The position numbers and the translations under genes are program-made. This document shows, in pieces, positions 1 to 26,299 of a stretch of 64,000 nt of DNA (its first letter is position 1; each line of letters starts with the position of its first letter). The notes under the pieces are model-generated. The model had not been told where the DNA came from. It did no database searches and saw nothing but the letters and a program-made list of their open reading frames with translations. The stretch spans positions 394,197-458,196 of the forward strand of contig NW_002060970.1 of assembly GCF_000150275.1 (NCBI RefSeq), in the 5' to 3' direction. This DNA is from Trichoplax adhaerens (Eukaryota; Animalia; Placozoa).

Positions 1-571
1 AATATTAATTGGAAACTATATAGATATACTACTGTATTGATACGCTATTTCGATGGCAGTTCAATTTATTAACAAATTCTATAGCATCAGAAACTAATCT
101 AGACCATTAATACTCTTAAATCTAAAGCTATAATCAAGATGATCCGTGGTTTATCACGTCAAAAACATATATCGTAAGCTTATCTCTACTACTTTACCGA
201 TATTAAGGTAATATTACTACAATTGATCACACCTGAATCAAAATTGCCTAAAATATTGATGTTAATTCTTTTTCAATTTATTACAATAACTGCTATGCAA
301 TACATTCTAGTTTTTCGAGAAAAAAACAAACTCTACCGCGATAAGCAACTACAACCCCAATTAGAACTAAGCCAGGATAATTAAAAATTTTCAGAGTTTT
401 AAATTGTACTCATAAATCACTTCAATTAAAGCTCTATTAATCGTAAAGAATATTAGCTAGTAAGAGTACTTTACTGAAGAAAGATTGTCATATAGGTATT
501 AATTCTGGATATTATCAACTATCCGAACGATTCAGATTTTCGAGAGTAAGTTTCATTCCTTGTGATGCTGC

Positions 572-3500
572 TTATTCCTTCTCCTCTTGGTCCTGCTCTG
601 GCACTGATGTTTTACGCTGTTTTAACAATATGATAGATTCTTCAACGTCGTAATCATCATCCATGCCCCAACCTGAACCATAAGCAGCTCTAGGATATGC
701 AGGTTCACCATGAATTGGCAAATCTAAGCCTATCATATTATTGACAAGGAAAAATTTTAAGAATTGAATCTTGTCTCACATAATTTGATGTGATGCAGTT
801 ATAACAGCTTTTTTCTTGACAATACCTTTCAATTCAATTTCTTCCGATACTCTGAACATTCCAAATTTATTAAGTAGGTAAAACATTAAACCAGATGTCA
901 ATCCAGTCCACAAAATAATACAACCTAATCCTAATAAGTTCCAACCAAATCGAGCCCACGATAAAGCAGTAAATCCAGTATAAAATATGCTAGTTTTAAA
1001 GTTAAAGATAGGCTGAGCAATAACACCCCATATACCAGCACCCATATGCACTAAAAATTGAATAAGTAAATGGTTATATCGAATAATATTGACATCAATC
1101 AGCTATGATTATGCTTCGATAGCGGTTATTTTACCGGCTGCAGCATCTAATGGATCATCGATTTTGCATCTCAGAAATATCTCACTCCAGCATACATAAG
1201 CAGTAGCAGCTATAGCACCAATTAGTAAAGCTGCCCAAGGATAAACCGCATTACATGATGCACAGATGGATACCTGTAAAATTAAATTTTAATCTTCAGT
1301 TCGAATCTTTCCTTAGTTTTTCATCTGAAAGTGATAAACTAGCGCTTCAATAAATATGGTCCCGGTACTAAAAATTAGCATATCCCAATAATTAATATCG
1401 TGATTTAATGCGAACGAAATCAGTTCATGTTATCTTCGTATATATTTGCTTACTATTCCAGCAAGGCTGCCATTCAAACACACTAATAAACTCCAGCTAT
1501 TACCACCTATCTTTGGGTGTAATCGTTTGATCAATAAGGCAGTTAAACCACCACCGGAGCAAGCCATAGCGGTATTGACAGCAATTAAAGCAGCAACTGG
1601 GCCACCACCGTAGAAAGTAACACGGAATTGAGAACCAACATTGAAGCCAAATAATCCAAAAATAAGAATAAATCCACCAAGGGCAACAAGCTGTTCAAAT
1701 GAAATTGAAGAATAGTTAAACTCATTGCATATCTTAGTACCGCTAAAGGGCGTAAAAATATTTACTGAAAGTTGCTGTAGAAGTCTTATTTTTAAGTTAT
1801 CGCTATTAAAAAACATTAAACTTGCTAACTAATTTATATACGCTTATAAATAAAGTCTAATTGTGAAAATCGGTCCAGTACAGAAGATTATCATTTTTGC
1901 TAATAATATTTATGTAATTAATTATGAACATATACCCGATATAAATATCGTACGTATTTTAACTTATTTCGATCGGAATTGTAGACTCTTCGTTACATAG
2001 TGAGGAAATTGATTTAAAAAAGTATGAGTGTGACAACCAATTTGATGGAAAAAAGAACTACTTTTTTGCCAATTATGCAATCAATCATAACTATATAGTC
2101 TCTTCGAAGGAGATTGTATAGATACTTTGGAACACAGCACAGAAACAGATTTTAAAAAAATATCTAATTGTGAAAATCGGTCAGTTGGAGAAGAAGACAT
2201 ATTCTTACCAATTATACAATTAGTTATAGTAAGTATGTAGTATAGCCGATATTACTAAAGTACGAATTTTGATTTATATCAATAGATATTGTATAGATAC
2301 TTTGGAGCACAGAGCAGAACTTGATTTAAAAAAGTCTAATTGTGACAATCGGTCCGATCCGTTGGGCTAGAGGGTAAACTTTTACTAACTATGCAATAAA
2401 TTATAAGTATGTACAGTAGCTGATATTACTAAAGTACGTATTCTAACTTGTCTCGATAAATATAGTATAGATTTTTTAGAGCGTAGGGACAAAATTGATT
2501 TTAAAAATATCTAACTGTGACAATCGATCTATTGAAGAAGAAAGTAAATTTTACAACGAGGTAATTACGCAATTATTTATAACAAGCTTATAGCCAATAT
2601 TACTTAAGTGCGCATTTTAATTTGTCTCAGTGGATATTGTATGGACACTTTGGCGCTTAGTGAAGAGATTGATTTTAAAATAAATTAAATTAAAGGAAGC
2701 ATAAAATAATGAATAAAGAATCGCACCGGAACGGTGTGGCCAGGTATCGTCTTGGGCTTGCCATTTTCATCAAATCGGCCAATTCGAGGTCCTAAGATGA
2801 AGGCTCCCGTTAATGATGTTACACCACCGACGCAATGAACGACACTACTACCAGCAAAATCCTACAAGCAGTAAAGAAAAGAATCTTTAAACTAAAGATT
2901 CCATAGCGAAAGATACCAGATTTACTACTTATTGCATCTGTAGAAGAAATTATTGTTGGCTTGACAGAATATGCCTGCCATCAAAGCTTCTAATTCCCGA
3001 GAAGGTATTTATTAGTTTTATTTACAGCTGATACGTGCAAATTAGAATTGTAGAGCTAAAAAAAGACGGCATCCTCTAAATCTGGTCCATTTATCTCTAG
3101 CGTAAACTTAACATACGAATACTGTATAAATTTAATGATAGAGGGTAAAATAAGTAAGGTATGGATGGGTGCTATAGCCTGAGGTTATCGCGAATTTGGC
3201 TTTATAAAAGTATCATACTTTTTCTACCTCCTAATTACAAATGTCATTAACGAATTATAAAATAGGATTAAAATTTGCTGGACAGTAAATGCTAGAAATA
3301 ATTTTTTCGAGTAGTAGAATAAGTAGCTCTTACTTTATAGTAAAGATATCCGTTAAGAAAGTACTTTCCTTTAATATGGATAAAGATGTTTCAAAAAAGC
3401 ATTATAAATAATTTTTGTCTATCAGATACTGTAAAGATAGATCTCCAGAATGTAACTGTAAAGTATTTTCTTATATAGATTCATTTTCGTGCTTTAATAA

Positions 3501-6500
3501 GAGCAACTATTTCCTTATAGTGATTAAATTTGCGATACAGTATATTTTACGAATACATAACTTGTAAGCATTTACAACCCTGAGATTTCGCCACCAAATG
3601 AACTATTGCATAGTTTGTTAATTACTGGAAGCAGGTTAAATTTAACCGCTATTGGATGTTCATATGCTAAGATAACTACCGGGTAGAAGATATTTTAATA
3701 TTAGCAAAACTAACCTCATAGTGGACCTTCCCTACGCCATATAGCAACCATCCTTGAGGATCCCAAGCCCAATGGACCACAATTGGATAGATGAAAGCTA
3801 ATATTAACGTAAAAATATTCTTATTAAATTGGCAATGGAACATTCTTAGCTTGTCAAGATTTTGATTCTATTGAAGGATATGATATTACAAACAGTACAG
3901 ACCAGTGATGATCGAAGAATATATCAAGTAGCCACCGAAAGCTGTTCTTTCTGCCACAGCACCACTCACAATTGTTGATGCAGTAGCAGCATATACATAA
4001 TGATACCACCAATAAGAATATCCAGTCAATGGTAGGCCAATTAAAAAAAAATATTCGGTACCAAAAAATGGAGTTCCTTTACCGAATGCTAAAGCATAGC
4101 CAATAGCCCAAAAGGACACAGCACCGATAACTATCAATGCAAGATCAAAATGGATTATTTTCTATCTATATGTTAGCAGTTTCGATTCGGCTTAAGTAGT
4201 ATGCTAAATAACACAACGATTCCCAATCTATAGTATTTAATTACTTTACTATTTATAAGCTGTCAGATGATAGTAATGGCATCAATTTTCTGAAATCCAG
4301 ATCATTTGTCCATAATTTGTAAAATAGTAGCTAGCCTTCAACTTAATTTTCAAAATTCACTAAACTCAAGATGCTTATCCAGTTATCTACATTTTTAAAT
4401 TAGTAATGCCCAATATTTTAATTATTCCATGTAATATTAATTTTATAAGCTTTACAAAATGTATACGTTTCATTGAAATATTTAAAATAGTTGCCATCTA
4501 CTGATAAATACTGTGGTTTAGCTAACATATCTACTAATGTTTCCAAATTCTTAAAGGACAAGCTACTATTTTAGTTCTCTACTATTTTTACTTCTTGTTA
4601 CGATTTATTATAATATCTACTTCAAGTAACGGTTCTGAATTATTAAAATCTGTATCTGCATTTTACAATTATCTGCACTCTATTTTACATTACATAAATA
4701 CGATAGAATTTCCATGTAAAACTTACTCATACGTTCTGGAATTCTATATCATTTTACAGAAATATCTACCATTATAGATATCTATGATAACAGTTTTCAA
4801 GAGCATTTCTTATTGAGATGAATAACTTACAAACATCCATTAAATTCTTGACTAAAATATTGGTGGTATTCTTCGATCGAATTGAACCAGCTTCTAGAAA
4901 TGCAAATCCTGCTTGCATAACTGATTTCAATTTGATAAAATAAAAATAAAATGGTATTAATTTGATAATATGAATTGATAATAGTGTTATTAAATTAAAG
5001 CTAGTATCATAGATATAACATCAGTTTTATGGAAGTTTGAGTATTATTAAGAAACCGGATTACTATCTCAAAGAATTTTGTTAATATGTTGAGAGACTAT
5101 CATATATTATTCTTTGTAATTCGCTAATTTCTTTCCATAAGCTCACTGATGAAAATTCTCCTTCATATGCTACGTAATATATGTACTGCACATTTTACTT
5201 CCGGAAATTAAAAATTCCTTTAACATTAAGTTACACAAACCGGTTTGATACGAATTTTTGGCGATAAACTATGGAAAATTTTTCATTTTCCATCGAACAA
5301 ATGTCAAGGTTAGCTAAAAATTATACGATATCTACAGGATCTTAAATTTGATCAATGTGTGTGTAATGTAACTAGTATTGTGATTATAGATTGTTAGCCA
5401 TGTTTAATATAAAATACGGTAGATATTTGGTAGCTGTAACTATAGACTGTAGTGGTGTAGACTCTATGATAGAGTACAGATGACTATATACAGTAAGCTG
5501 TTGAGTTACTAATAAGACTATAGGTAAAAATAGAACTGTAAATCATATATTAGGATATGGTTAATTCATTGTACTTTGGCTGGTGTGAATAATGTCTACG
5601 TAAGTACTGTAGTCGTATTCATATTGGTTTAATGATGGTCCGCAGTAGAATAGTCTTTCTAAGAATAATTTAACTATGTGTAAAATAATGTAAAAGGTTG
5701 CCATGCGGATTGTAGCTGCAAATGCTACGAAAAGTATAAAAGCATGCAACTTTAGATTATTCAGTTAGTTCGTTGTAGAAGTCTTTAGTAGTAGTATTCG
5801 ACTAGAGTAGAGTTGTGTGTAGTTAATCTTTGTATAAGATTCAATAAAGCCCTTATTTTTCTAAAATTTGGAATCTCGTGATTGGTATATATATATTATA
5901 CACAGTGTAGATCCACAAGCACTCTAGACAATCGATTTCTCGAACCAGTTCCATTTGTTTGAAAATTATATCATTTTAGACATTAATTAGTATAACAATA
6001 CTACGGCATTGATCATAAAATAACTTCCTAAATACGGATTTTAGTTGGTAGACTATGACCATATTGCCATGTCTATTTCTCAGCTAGGCTCAAACTTGAA
6101 TGATCTTTGAGCTGTGATAGCCCAAATTGTAAATTTAGGTCATGATTGAATTCTCTCACAAAAGAAATGAAGTTCAATTCTATTTTAGCAATACAGGATA
6201 TTCGTTGCATGCTATTGGTCAAGCTTTGATTATAGCAAGTACTCTAGAAAGTAATTTTTGGCACCCTGATAGCTAGGCTTCGCTTAATGATGTCGTTAAA
6301 TCCCTAATCATTAACTTTTACTTAATTTTTGATCAGACTACATCGGGAATAACTTACAGAAGATTAATATATTTGTATCAACATTAATTAACGGCGTGGT
6401 TTCAGTTCCTTAGTGGAACCTAAAATTGCTTCTGATATTTTAAAGAGATACAGATAACATTTGGGTTAAATTATGCTTGGGTGTCGTAATCAGCTTGCAA

Positions 6501-7520
6501 TAAAAGTACTAAATCAAGGCGCTAGATGCGACTAGATCAGCATTACGGTATAGCAATATTTGATCTACAACAGACTAGTCAATTCCTACAGCAAGATAGT
6601 TACAAATTATTTTATTGAAAATTATGTGCTGATATCCAAGACCAGCTCAGAGCCGAGTAAACTGCACATTATAAGGATAAGGTTTTATGTGTGAATAACA
6701 TCTAAAATTTTCAGTGAACTACAGTAATCTCATAATAAACTATTACAACACTCTATACTGTATCATATATTAATCAGTAGAATATATTATATGCTTGTTG
6801 TTTGCCTGCTCGCGAGGCGATCATCATTAATAATTAATAAAGCTAAATTAATATGAAGCGTTAATTGCTTTGTGAGAGCTTTTAGCTCCATAAGTTTGGG
6901 ACTATTGGAAGTTTATAGGAAGACTTTATGCTCATGTTAGCTTAGTGCTTGTAAAAATCAGGATCTTAGCTTATGGTCCGTTTGTTTCATCAAATTTCCT
7001 AGTTAGAAATACCGTAGAATGTAAACTGTTGTGAAAGAGAAATAAAATTAAGAGTAAAACATAGGACACATACGCTACAGGATTAAAACTATCTACAGAC
7101 ATTTTCGATAAAAAGTTGGACATTAAAAAGGTGATAAAGAAACGGAGAGAATAATTTAATGCCCATTGCCAGGATTATATTAATCCTAGCTCTCGCTGAA
7201 AGTAGATTGATGTACTGTCTAGGAATCTTCTAACGCCCGGAATGATACATTTGATATCTCTAGAATCTCAATTTTATAGGTTCTGTGGTCTCTATTGCAA
7301 CTATTAAGTCATCGACATAATACGACTGATTTTGCTCACCTGGTATCAATATTAGCATGTTTGTACTGTAAATGTGTTCTTAATGCATCAACTTACAGAA
7401 AACGATCATGCCAATGATGACATGAAACACTTCATTTAAATTTTCATTAGTAACCACATTATATGGATGTGTTGTAGTATTGGTAGGTGCTGCGGTAGAT
7501 TCAACTTGTAAGTCGTCCAT
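572..7520 (-). CDS. Amt: Ammonium transporter (Amt/Mep family), 9 exons: 7520-7397, 4920-4831, 4130-3903, 3797-3715, 2861-2727, 1690-1454, 1273-1135, 1050-826, 729-572
   Basis: Hand-spliced GT-AG exons with consistent phases: MDDLQVES...[113 protein letters not shown]...stop. These are Amt family signatures. Confidence 0.96.
1853..2680. repeat. Degenerate tandem array, 5 units of ~140-175 bp, in Amt intron 5
   Basis: Anchor TCTAAYTGTGAMAATCG recurs at ~1856, ~2023 (diverged), ~2163, ~2335 and ~2510, with shared downstream motifs (GATATTACTAAAGTACG, GATTGTATAGATACTTTGG). Confidence 0.85.
5362..5904 (+). mobile_element. Solo LTR family A, copy 1 (in Amt intron 1)
   Basis: Ends TGTAATG...CACA; flanks GTGTG/GTGTA (4 of 5 match as TSD); TATA-like GTATAAAAG near 5734 and AATAAA near 5843; near-identical to 12240-12791 and 49317-49874 in reverse orientation. 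Confidence 0.85.
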
Positions 7521-10500
7521 ACTTTTAACCAGTATGTTGCGGAGAGAAATATATTCTATCTTTACCCGATGGAATAGCTACTAATCTTTTAGGTAAGTAC
7601 GAAGGCCGAGTTACAACCTATGCTCTACTAATTTATTCGATAACCTAGCAAGCAATATTAAAGGTTAGCACGTAATAAGACCAAAGAGGTTTCGTTATTG
7701 TTCTCCATTTAAAGATCGACCAATGGAATGTCTATCATAGTCTAGAAATGAATAATTGGCTTCTACGACAATATTAAACTAGGCATAATGCTCTCGTTCT
7801 AGGAATTATAGCCATTGAGCTTTTATTAAATATGACACTAATATATTATTGTTCATCCTCTAATTGTTTATCGCTAATTTAAATATAGTCAATTTGACAT
7901 ATGGCGGCTGATAAAAACAGATTGCAAGATTGCCTGTGTAAGCATAGATCACGTAGATTAATCTGCTTAATATCGGATACTAATTCACTCGAATAATCGC
8001 ATCAGAAGGCCAATCCTACGCATGATTAGTATACATTACAAACTTCTAGGATATAGAATATTCTTGAAATTGGGTTTAATAATGATATTTCCTAGGCCAT
8101 GACTTTGAAGTAATCATTATATTGAGCTATCTATCCTTCATCTTTAGTATTACTGTACTTCCGTTTGAAAATATATACCTGAAAATTCCGTATATGATTG
8201 GAAACCTAATAGTATTAACACTCAGAGAACATTTTTGCAATTGCGTGGAATAATAACCTTTTTCTTGGTTTGACCTTGAAATATGGGTGTGTAATGGTTT
8301 GCATAGAATAAAGCATATTGGTGGGCCGTGGCTGATGATGAAATAGTAAAGTAAGACAATCGCTCTTATCCAAGTGTTAAGAGTTGGAACTGAAAACTTG
8401 TAGACTGCGCCGAAATTTTTGAAGCTTAAGCGTTTTACCGCTGGCATAGAATCTAATTCGGCCTAAGATTGTAAGATCATTAAACTACGAACATGGCATA
8501 GTTACGATGAAGATATTGCAGAGCGATATACCCTGTAAAGTTACTGGCCTTCAAAATTAGATACTCTTTCCAATGAGAAAATGAATATTATAATACCGTA
8601 TGATACTGCAAACTATACATATGTTAAAATATTTAGCTCGATCTGCCTGATACAGGTGGTTCTATTACAGCATTGAAAGAGTAGTTTAGTATTGTTAAAG
8701 GAGAGAATTTTTTAAGCGTACTTTATAGAAACGTTTAAACCGGTTTTCCATCAGTAAATACTTTTATCTCCATATTATTATTCATTAGTGCTAAACCATA
8801 TGTTTAGAATGGGCGAGGCTATTTAAATAATTGATTTAACCTCTTTCAAGTAGACTGATAGACTTTTATTGCAATTATCGTCGATCGAGAGATATTAACT
8901 CAAAATTTAAGGATTGAGTAAGGTCAAAGGAAGTAGTAATAGTGCTATCAATTAGAATATATGTATTACCATTAATTTAATCTTTTTACAGGCATGAAAA
9001 GAATTCCGCCTATGCTTTCATAAATCGACCAGAATGAATTAAATCGGAGGAGGATAGAATATCTTTAATATTTAGCCTTAATTCACTTCTCTTAACACAC
9101 AGCGATAGAATTCCTTCTTTACTTCAATTTTCTACTCTTATAAATTGAGGCCAATGGGAGGCGTGCAGCACGGATATATATCTCCATAAATACACACGAA
9201 ATTTTTATAATACGTAGATTCCGAATCTGTAACTAAAAATTGATAACTAATAGTAGCTGATATTTAGCATTGATTTTGATGTTTTAAAAATAAAGATGGT
9301 CAATTTCATCATTTAATATCTATCTAATGTATCAATCAAATATATATCTGGTAAAGGGATGGAATGAATAAAAATGAGTAAAATTGTAATCCATTAAACA
9401 AAATTTATTAGCATTAGTTCAGTTCTCTTAATGCTTATAATACTTTTATATTATTATCTACGATCAGTTTACGTACGTAAATAGTGTCCCTGATGATTCT
9501 ATCAGATATATTAATTTTTATTCAATACTTAATACAATTATCGGAATGGATTATGTATTGATTAATATATACACCTACATAAAAATTTTACTAACTGGCA
9601 TTAACCTGCAGGTTTAAATGTGAAGGTAAAAGGAGATAGTATCTAATTTTGTTTCAGTTCACCTGGTAAATGCACGTGTCAATTCTCAATTTACTATCAA
9701 TCTGCTGATCCAGATCAGACAACGAATGGCGGCGTATGTTAAGCATGGATTATGTTTCCGTTAAATATGCAAAATTGAATTTTCATTTGTTCTCGGTCTA
9801 GCTAAGAACAAATTAAATTGGTAAATATAGAACGTTAATTAAAGTTGACTTACGTCTTTATGTCAATTTTCTTTACCACTATTAATTTTATACTATACGT
9901 AGTTTTAACGGCTGCTGATAGCAGCCAATTAAGATAGATATATTTATCTCCAAAAGCGTATATAGAATATTATTGCTAAGTGGCCATTTACTTGTTTAAA
10001 TTAAATACTTGATGATTAGATAGGGTAGAAAAAGGTGAGCAAATATGCGAATAAGATAGCAAATAATTTACCATTAAATTAGCTGACCATAAACAGGTTC
10101 TATGGATTGACTCCTATAACTTATCCTACCATCAAAATCATGACTACGCTACCACTAACTCGCGGTCATATACTATCCATTTATTGGTTTCGTAGTCGGT
10201 TAACAATCGACTGGGCACAATTTAAACGATTAAAGATCGAATATGGTATATTAGGGTTAGAAAATATGTGACTGAGGGGAATAACTCCACCCATTTTATA
10301 TTCATTGAATTATACATAAGTTACCGACGTGGGCGTAGACTGACTATAAGTATAGATGTCCGCAATATTTCTGTTAAATTTAGCTATTCTTAAAATCTGC
10401 TAACATTAAACTATCTTATTTAGCTAACACTACTTACTATAAACTGCTATAATTGTACGTGATGTAAATTTCCTAAGATGAAAGGGTATTGCAGCTAGTA

Positions 10501-12239
10501 CATTATAAAATTTTGACCTAAAAATTGTGGATCCATATTTAACTGTAGTCTTGCTACTGATTGATTGATTTCTACTCTACTCATCTCGACATTGATTAGC
10601 ATTTGTTCTCGTAGCATTTCTGTCTTTACATTAAATGTAATGAAAATACTTTTCGGTATCTTTCTCAATACATTAATCCAAAGCTATCATCAAGCCTGTA
10701 GTCTTTACTTAATTCTGGTAAAGAAATTGGGTTTTTATTTCCATCTATATTTTATGTGTTTCAGTTATTAATCACTCCTTACGGAAGCTACTGTCTTATG
10801 TTAATAGCTAGACTAAGAAGTAAGAGTTACTTTATGTTACCATCAATCAAGAGTGATAGCTAGCAGGAACCATATAAATTAATTTCGTCAGCAATTTAGA
10901 AATAATTTTATATTGATAAATAAAAGTCAAAGTCACATAGTAAATATTTTCAAAAACTATTCAATTATCAAAATCATATGCCATGGCATTATCTATCGAA
11001 TTAATTGTGAACAGGACATTTTAAGAGTAAGATTGATTTATACAGCGAATTCTTTATACAAGCATTAGGATACAACTCTCCTGCTTCAGCCGCTTAAAAA
11101 AAGTAATGATTGCGGTCATATATATTCATTCATTAAATCTATTTCCACTTATATTTAGTACTATAGTTCGTTTTTGGTAGATTTAATATTTGCTATATTT
11201 AGGTGACAATACGGTGCTATCTGATAAATAATTAGCCGAAGCGACTCTTGAGTTTATGCGAGAAATGCTACACAATTGTCGATAATATTGAACTCAGAAT
11301 ACGCTTCAAGTTAATGCATATTTACCCCTGCATTTGTATTTTGGATTTCATTATTCATATTAAGTTATCGTGGATAGAATTACGTATAAAATAGAAAGGC
11401 TATATAGAAAACACGATTGATAAAATCGAAAATGGCGATGTGATATTGTATCTTGTCCTAATAATTATAATGTCAGCTTAGTAAGGTTACTATTGGCCAG
11501 AACTATGCAAGAATACAGCCAAATATGTTTATTGTATTCGTTAAACCTTTATCAGTTGGATAAGAAAGAAAATAACTTTCGACTTTCAAGTAATTCTTTC
11601 ATTTTATGCTTGCTATTTATACCTCCCCTCCCCCTCCGGGAATGGATAAAATTAAAACTTGGTTATAACACCCATACGTTTAGATTTCACTATTTTATAA
11701 GCGTAAGGAGACATAATTTCAGAGATAGTATATTTGTGTCATTATTAATTGAGGGCATCACGATTATGATTGTAAATACAGGGTACTAATGTAGCAAAGC
11801 GCAATCCTCAAGTAGACGTTACTTTCTACAATGTTTTATGAATAAACAATTCTAGTTGCCAAGTATCCGCTTAGCATCTTTTATGACATGTAGGTTACTA
11901 TCTTTTCATGATTCTGCTAACACTGCTATTCTTTATTGACGATAATTTTCTAGTTTTTACGATTATTTGACCATCACCCCGGAATTTTATGTAATTATAT
12001 TAATTCCGGTAAAGCGAACATGGTTTTTACTAATTAAATCTATTTTCTTAATGAATGTAGTTTTATTCCAGAATTAATTTATAATTAGATCGTTTTCCAG
12101 AATATAAACTTATTTACGTTATTCAATTAATTTTAATGTGACTACACAATATCATCTTTTTGCTGCTACCTTATGTTTGCAGTTGACAGAATAATTAAGC
12201 AAACGGGTTATTTCTAAATTACATTGTGCTATACCGGCT

Positions 12240-12791
12240 TGTGATATATACCAATCACGAGATTCCAAATTTTAGAAAAATAAGGGCTTTATTGAATCTT
12301 ATACAAAGATTAACTACACACAGCTCTACTCTAGCCGAATACTACTACTAAAGACTTCTACAACGAACTAACAGAATAATCTAAAGTTGCATGCTTTTAT
12401 ACTTTCCGTAGCATTCGCAGCTACAATCCGCATATCAATCTTTTACCTTATTTTACACATAGTTAACTTATTCTTAGTAAGACTATTCTACTGCGGACCA
12501 TCATTAAACCAATATGGATACGACTACAGTACTTACGTAGACATTATTCACACCAGCCAAAGTACAATGAATTAACCATATCCTAATATATGATTTACAG
12601 TTCTATTTTTATCTATAGCCTTATTAGTAACTCAACAGCTTACTGTATATAGTCATCTGTACTCTAGCATAGAGTCTCTACCACAACAGTCTATAGTTAT
12701 AGCTACCAAATATCTCTTAGGATAAATATATACCGTACATTATACTAAACATGGCTAACAGTCTACAATCACAATACTAAGTTACATTACA
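12240..12791 (-). mobile_element. Solo LTR family A, copy 2
   Basis: TGTG...TTACA with perfect 5-bp TSD CGGCT (12235-12239 and 12792-12796). Confidence 0.92.
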
Positions 12792-13866
12792 CGGCTATGC
12801 TGCTAATTGATCTTGGAATTAAAATCTAAGATTTTTTCTAATTTGTATTTTATGGATGCTGGCCTTATTTACAGGATTAATTAATATAGAAAGGAAGATA
12901 TTTTTGTTAATCACACCTAGCCATGTAGATGATCACTTGTCTTCCTGTTGTGTATACTAGTTTATATATAACATAGAGTTTAGATTTTAAGTTTACTGTT
13001 GAGGAAGACTGTGTTGATCGATGAAACTATACCGTCGAAGATCGCGTTTAAGATATAGTTAATAGCAGACAAGTTCAATAACTTGCAATAGTTAGCATCT
13101 AGTAGACTACATTAGAGACTACATAATCAAATATTTTCTTCATATAACAAAGTAATTTACACGAAGGCGAAAAAATACGTTGTTAAGCACTGGCAGTCTC
13201 TACCTAAATAAATGAGCGCTAGCAGGCATCTTAACTCGGTATAATGGATAAAATTTAATTTTGGGCAATGAACAGTAAAACTAGAATAATTTTATAATGT
13301 AGTAATTATCATTTTAAAATCAAAAGACCACATGATTTTATTATTCGACAAGAACCGATTTTACTTGAAAATCAATAGCTAGAAAGTCTTTCATTATAAC
13401 AATAGATATAACTTAAGCTTTCATTTCGATCTACAATCTAATAGGAATATTTATTTACACGGCTAATTTAAACATGAATTGCAAATTTTAAATAGGCAAT
13501 TGGATATAAATTAAATTTCCGCAAGTCGAGACCGAAATAATTATAAATCAGGATTATAACATGATAAGGTCTGTTAATAACGATGGCTAATGCTCATGCT
13601 TTTAATTGACTTTTTATAATAATTATAATATTTACAAAAATAAAATATAAATTCTTCGTAATGTTTATAAATGTAGCTAATGCTCTATTCGGTAAATATT
13701 TTCTGCATAGGATATATCCAGGCAGAATATTCCAGTAACTATTCGTGTTGTTAGTGTTAAACACCAGCGGTAGGCAGAAAGAATTATTATGCTAATGCTC
13801 TAAGTTTTTGGCTCATTTGACGGTAAGAAATAAACTTTATTTGAAGGTATAGTTTATGTTTGATTT

Positions 13867-25553
<11,687 letters not shown>

Positions 25554-26299
25554 GTCAGGTTGGCTATAAGATAGAAGGAACAATTCAAATTAATTATCAT
25601 AAATGTGTAATAAATTCCAAATTTGTCAATTAAAACATTAGATCACATCGACATCAAAAACTTCATCGATAACGCAATTTATTTAGTCGAGCTAGCCTAC
25701 TATTTCAAGACTATTTCTTAATTTAAGCTAATGATGGATGAAAATTTCCATTTTTTAAATATTTATCAATATCAATATATCATTACTTTTATCAGTAATA
25801 ATATTTTATTCTCTCTACGTTAATTTGCTTGGCCCGCTATGACAAGACAGCGTCCTTCATACTGACAAAATGAATTTATAAAATTAATCATCAGAATTTA
25901 TTATATGAGATCAAGGCTGATAAATCAGGACAATTTTTTCTTTATAAACAATTTAGCTTTCATTATTAACAGTAAAGTTTTCATTTGATTCATTTTGGCT
26001 GTTTATATAGGGTCTGGAGCAACTCAAAGTATATAAACAAGATTAAGATAAGGTGCTACTTGAGTATTCATGACTTTACTTTAATGAACAATAGCTTTGA
26101 ACCAGCCTGCCTTAAATAAAAGATGAGTCTTGTTCTTGAATCATTTTTTTCATAACGAATAAAGATCGAATAAATTCAGTCCTTAACATAAGGTCAATAT
26201 TAAATAATAAAAGTCATGCATAGTCAATTAAGCACCAAGAATCATTAACAGAAACTAAGATCGTCTATTAATATTCAATCCATTGATTTCATCTCGCCG

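Noticed and set aside
6357-6418. Possible alternative Amt exon (TTTTAG...TTCT|GTAAG)
   Set aside because: It is 62 nt long, has an in-frame stop in the required frame and no ATG; at most a non-coding or poison exon.
8127-8447. 106-aa minus-strand ORF upstream of Amt
   Set aside because: No recognisable motifs or splice partners; compatible with chance.
12387-12575. 62-aa ORF repeated three times (also 5561-5749 and 49465-49653)
   Set aside because: It starts at TTG, lies antisense within family A LTRs across the TATA region, and its conservation is explained by recent repeat copying.
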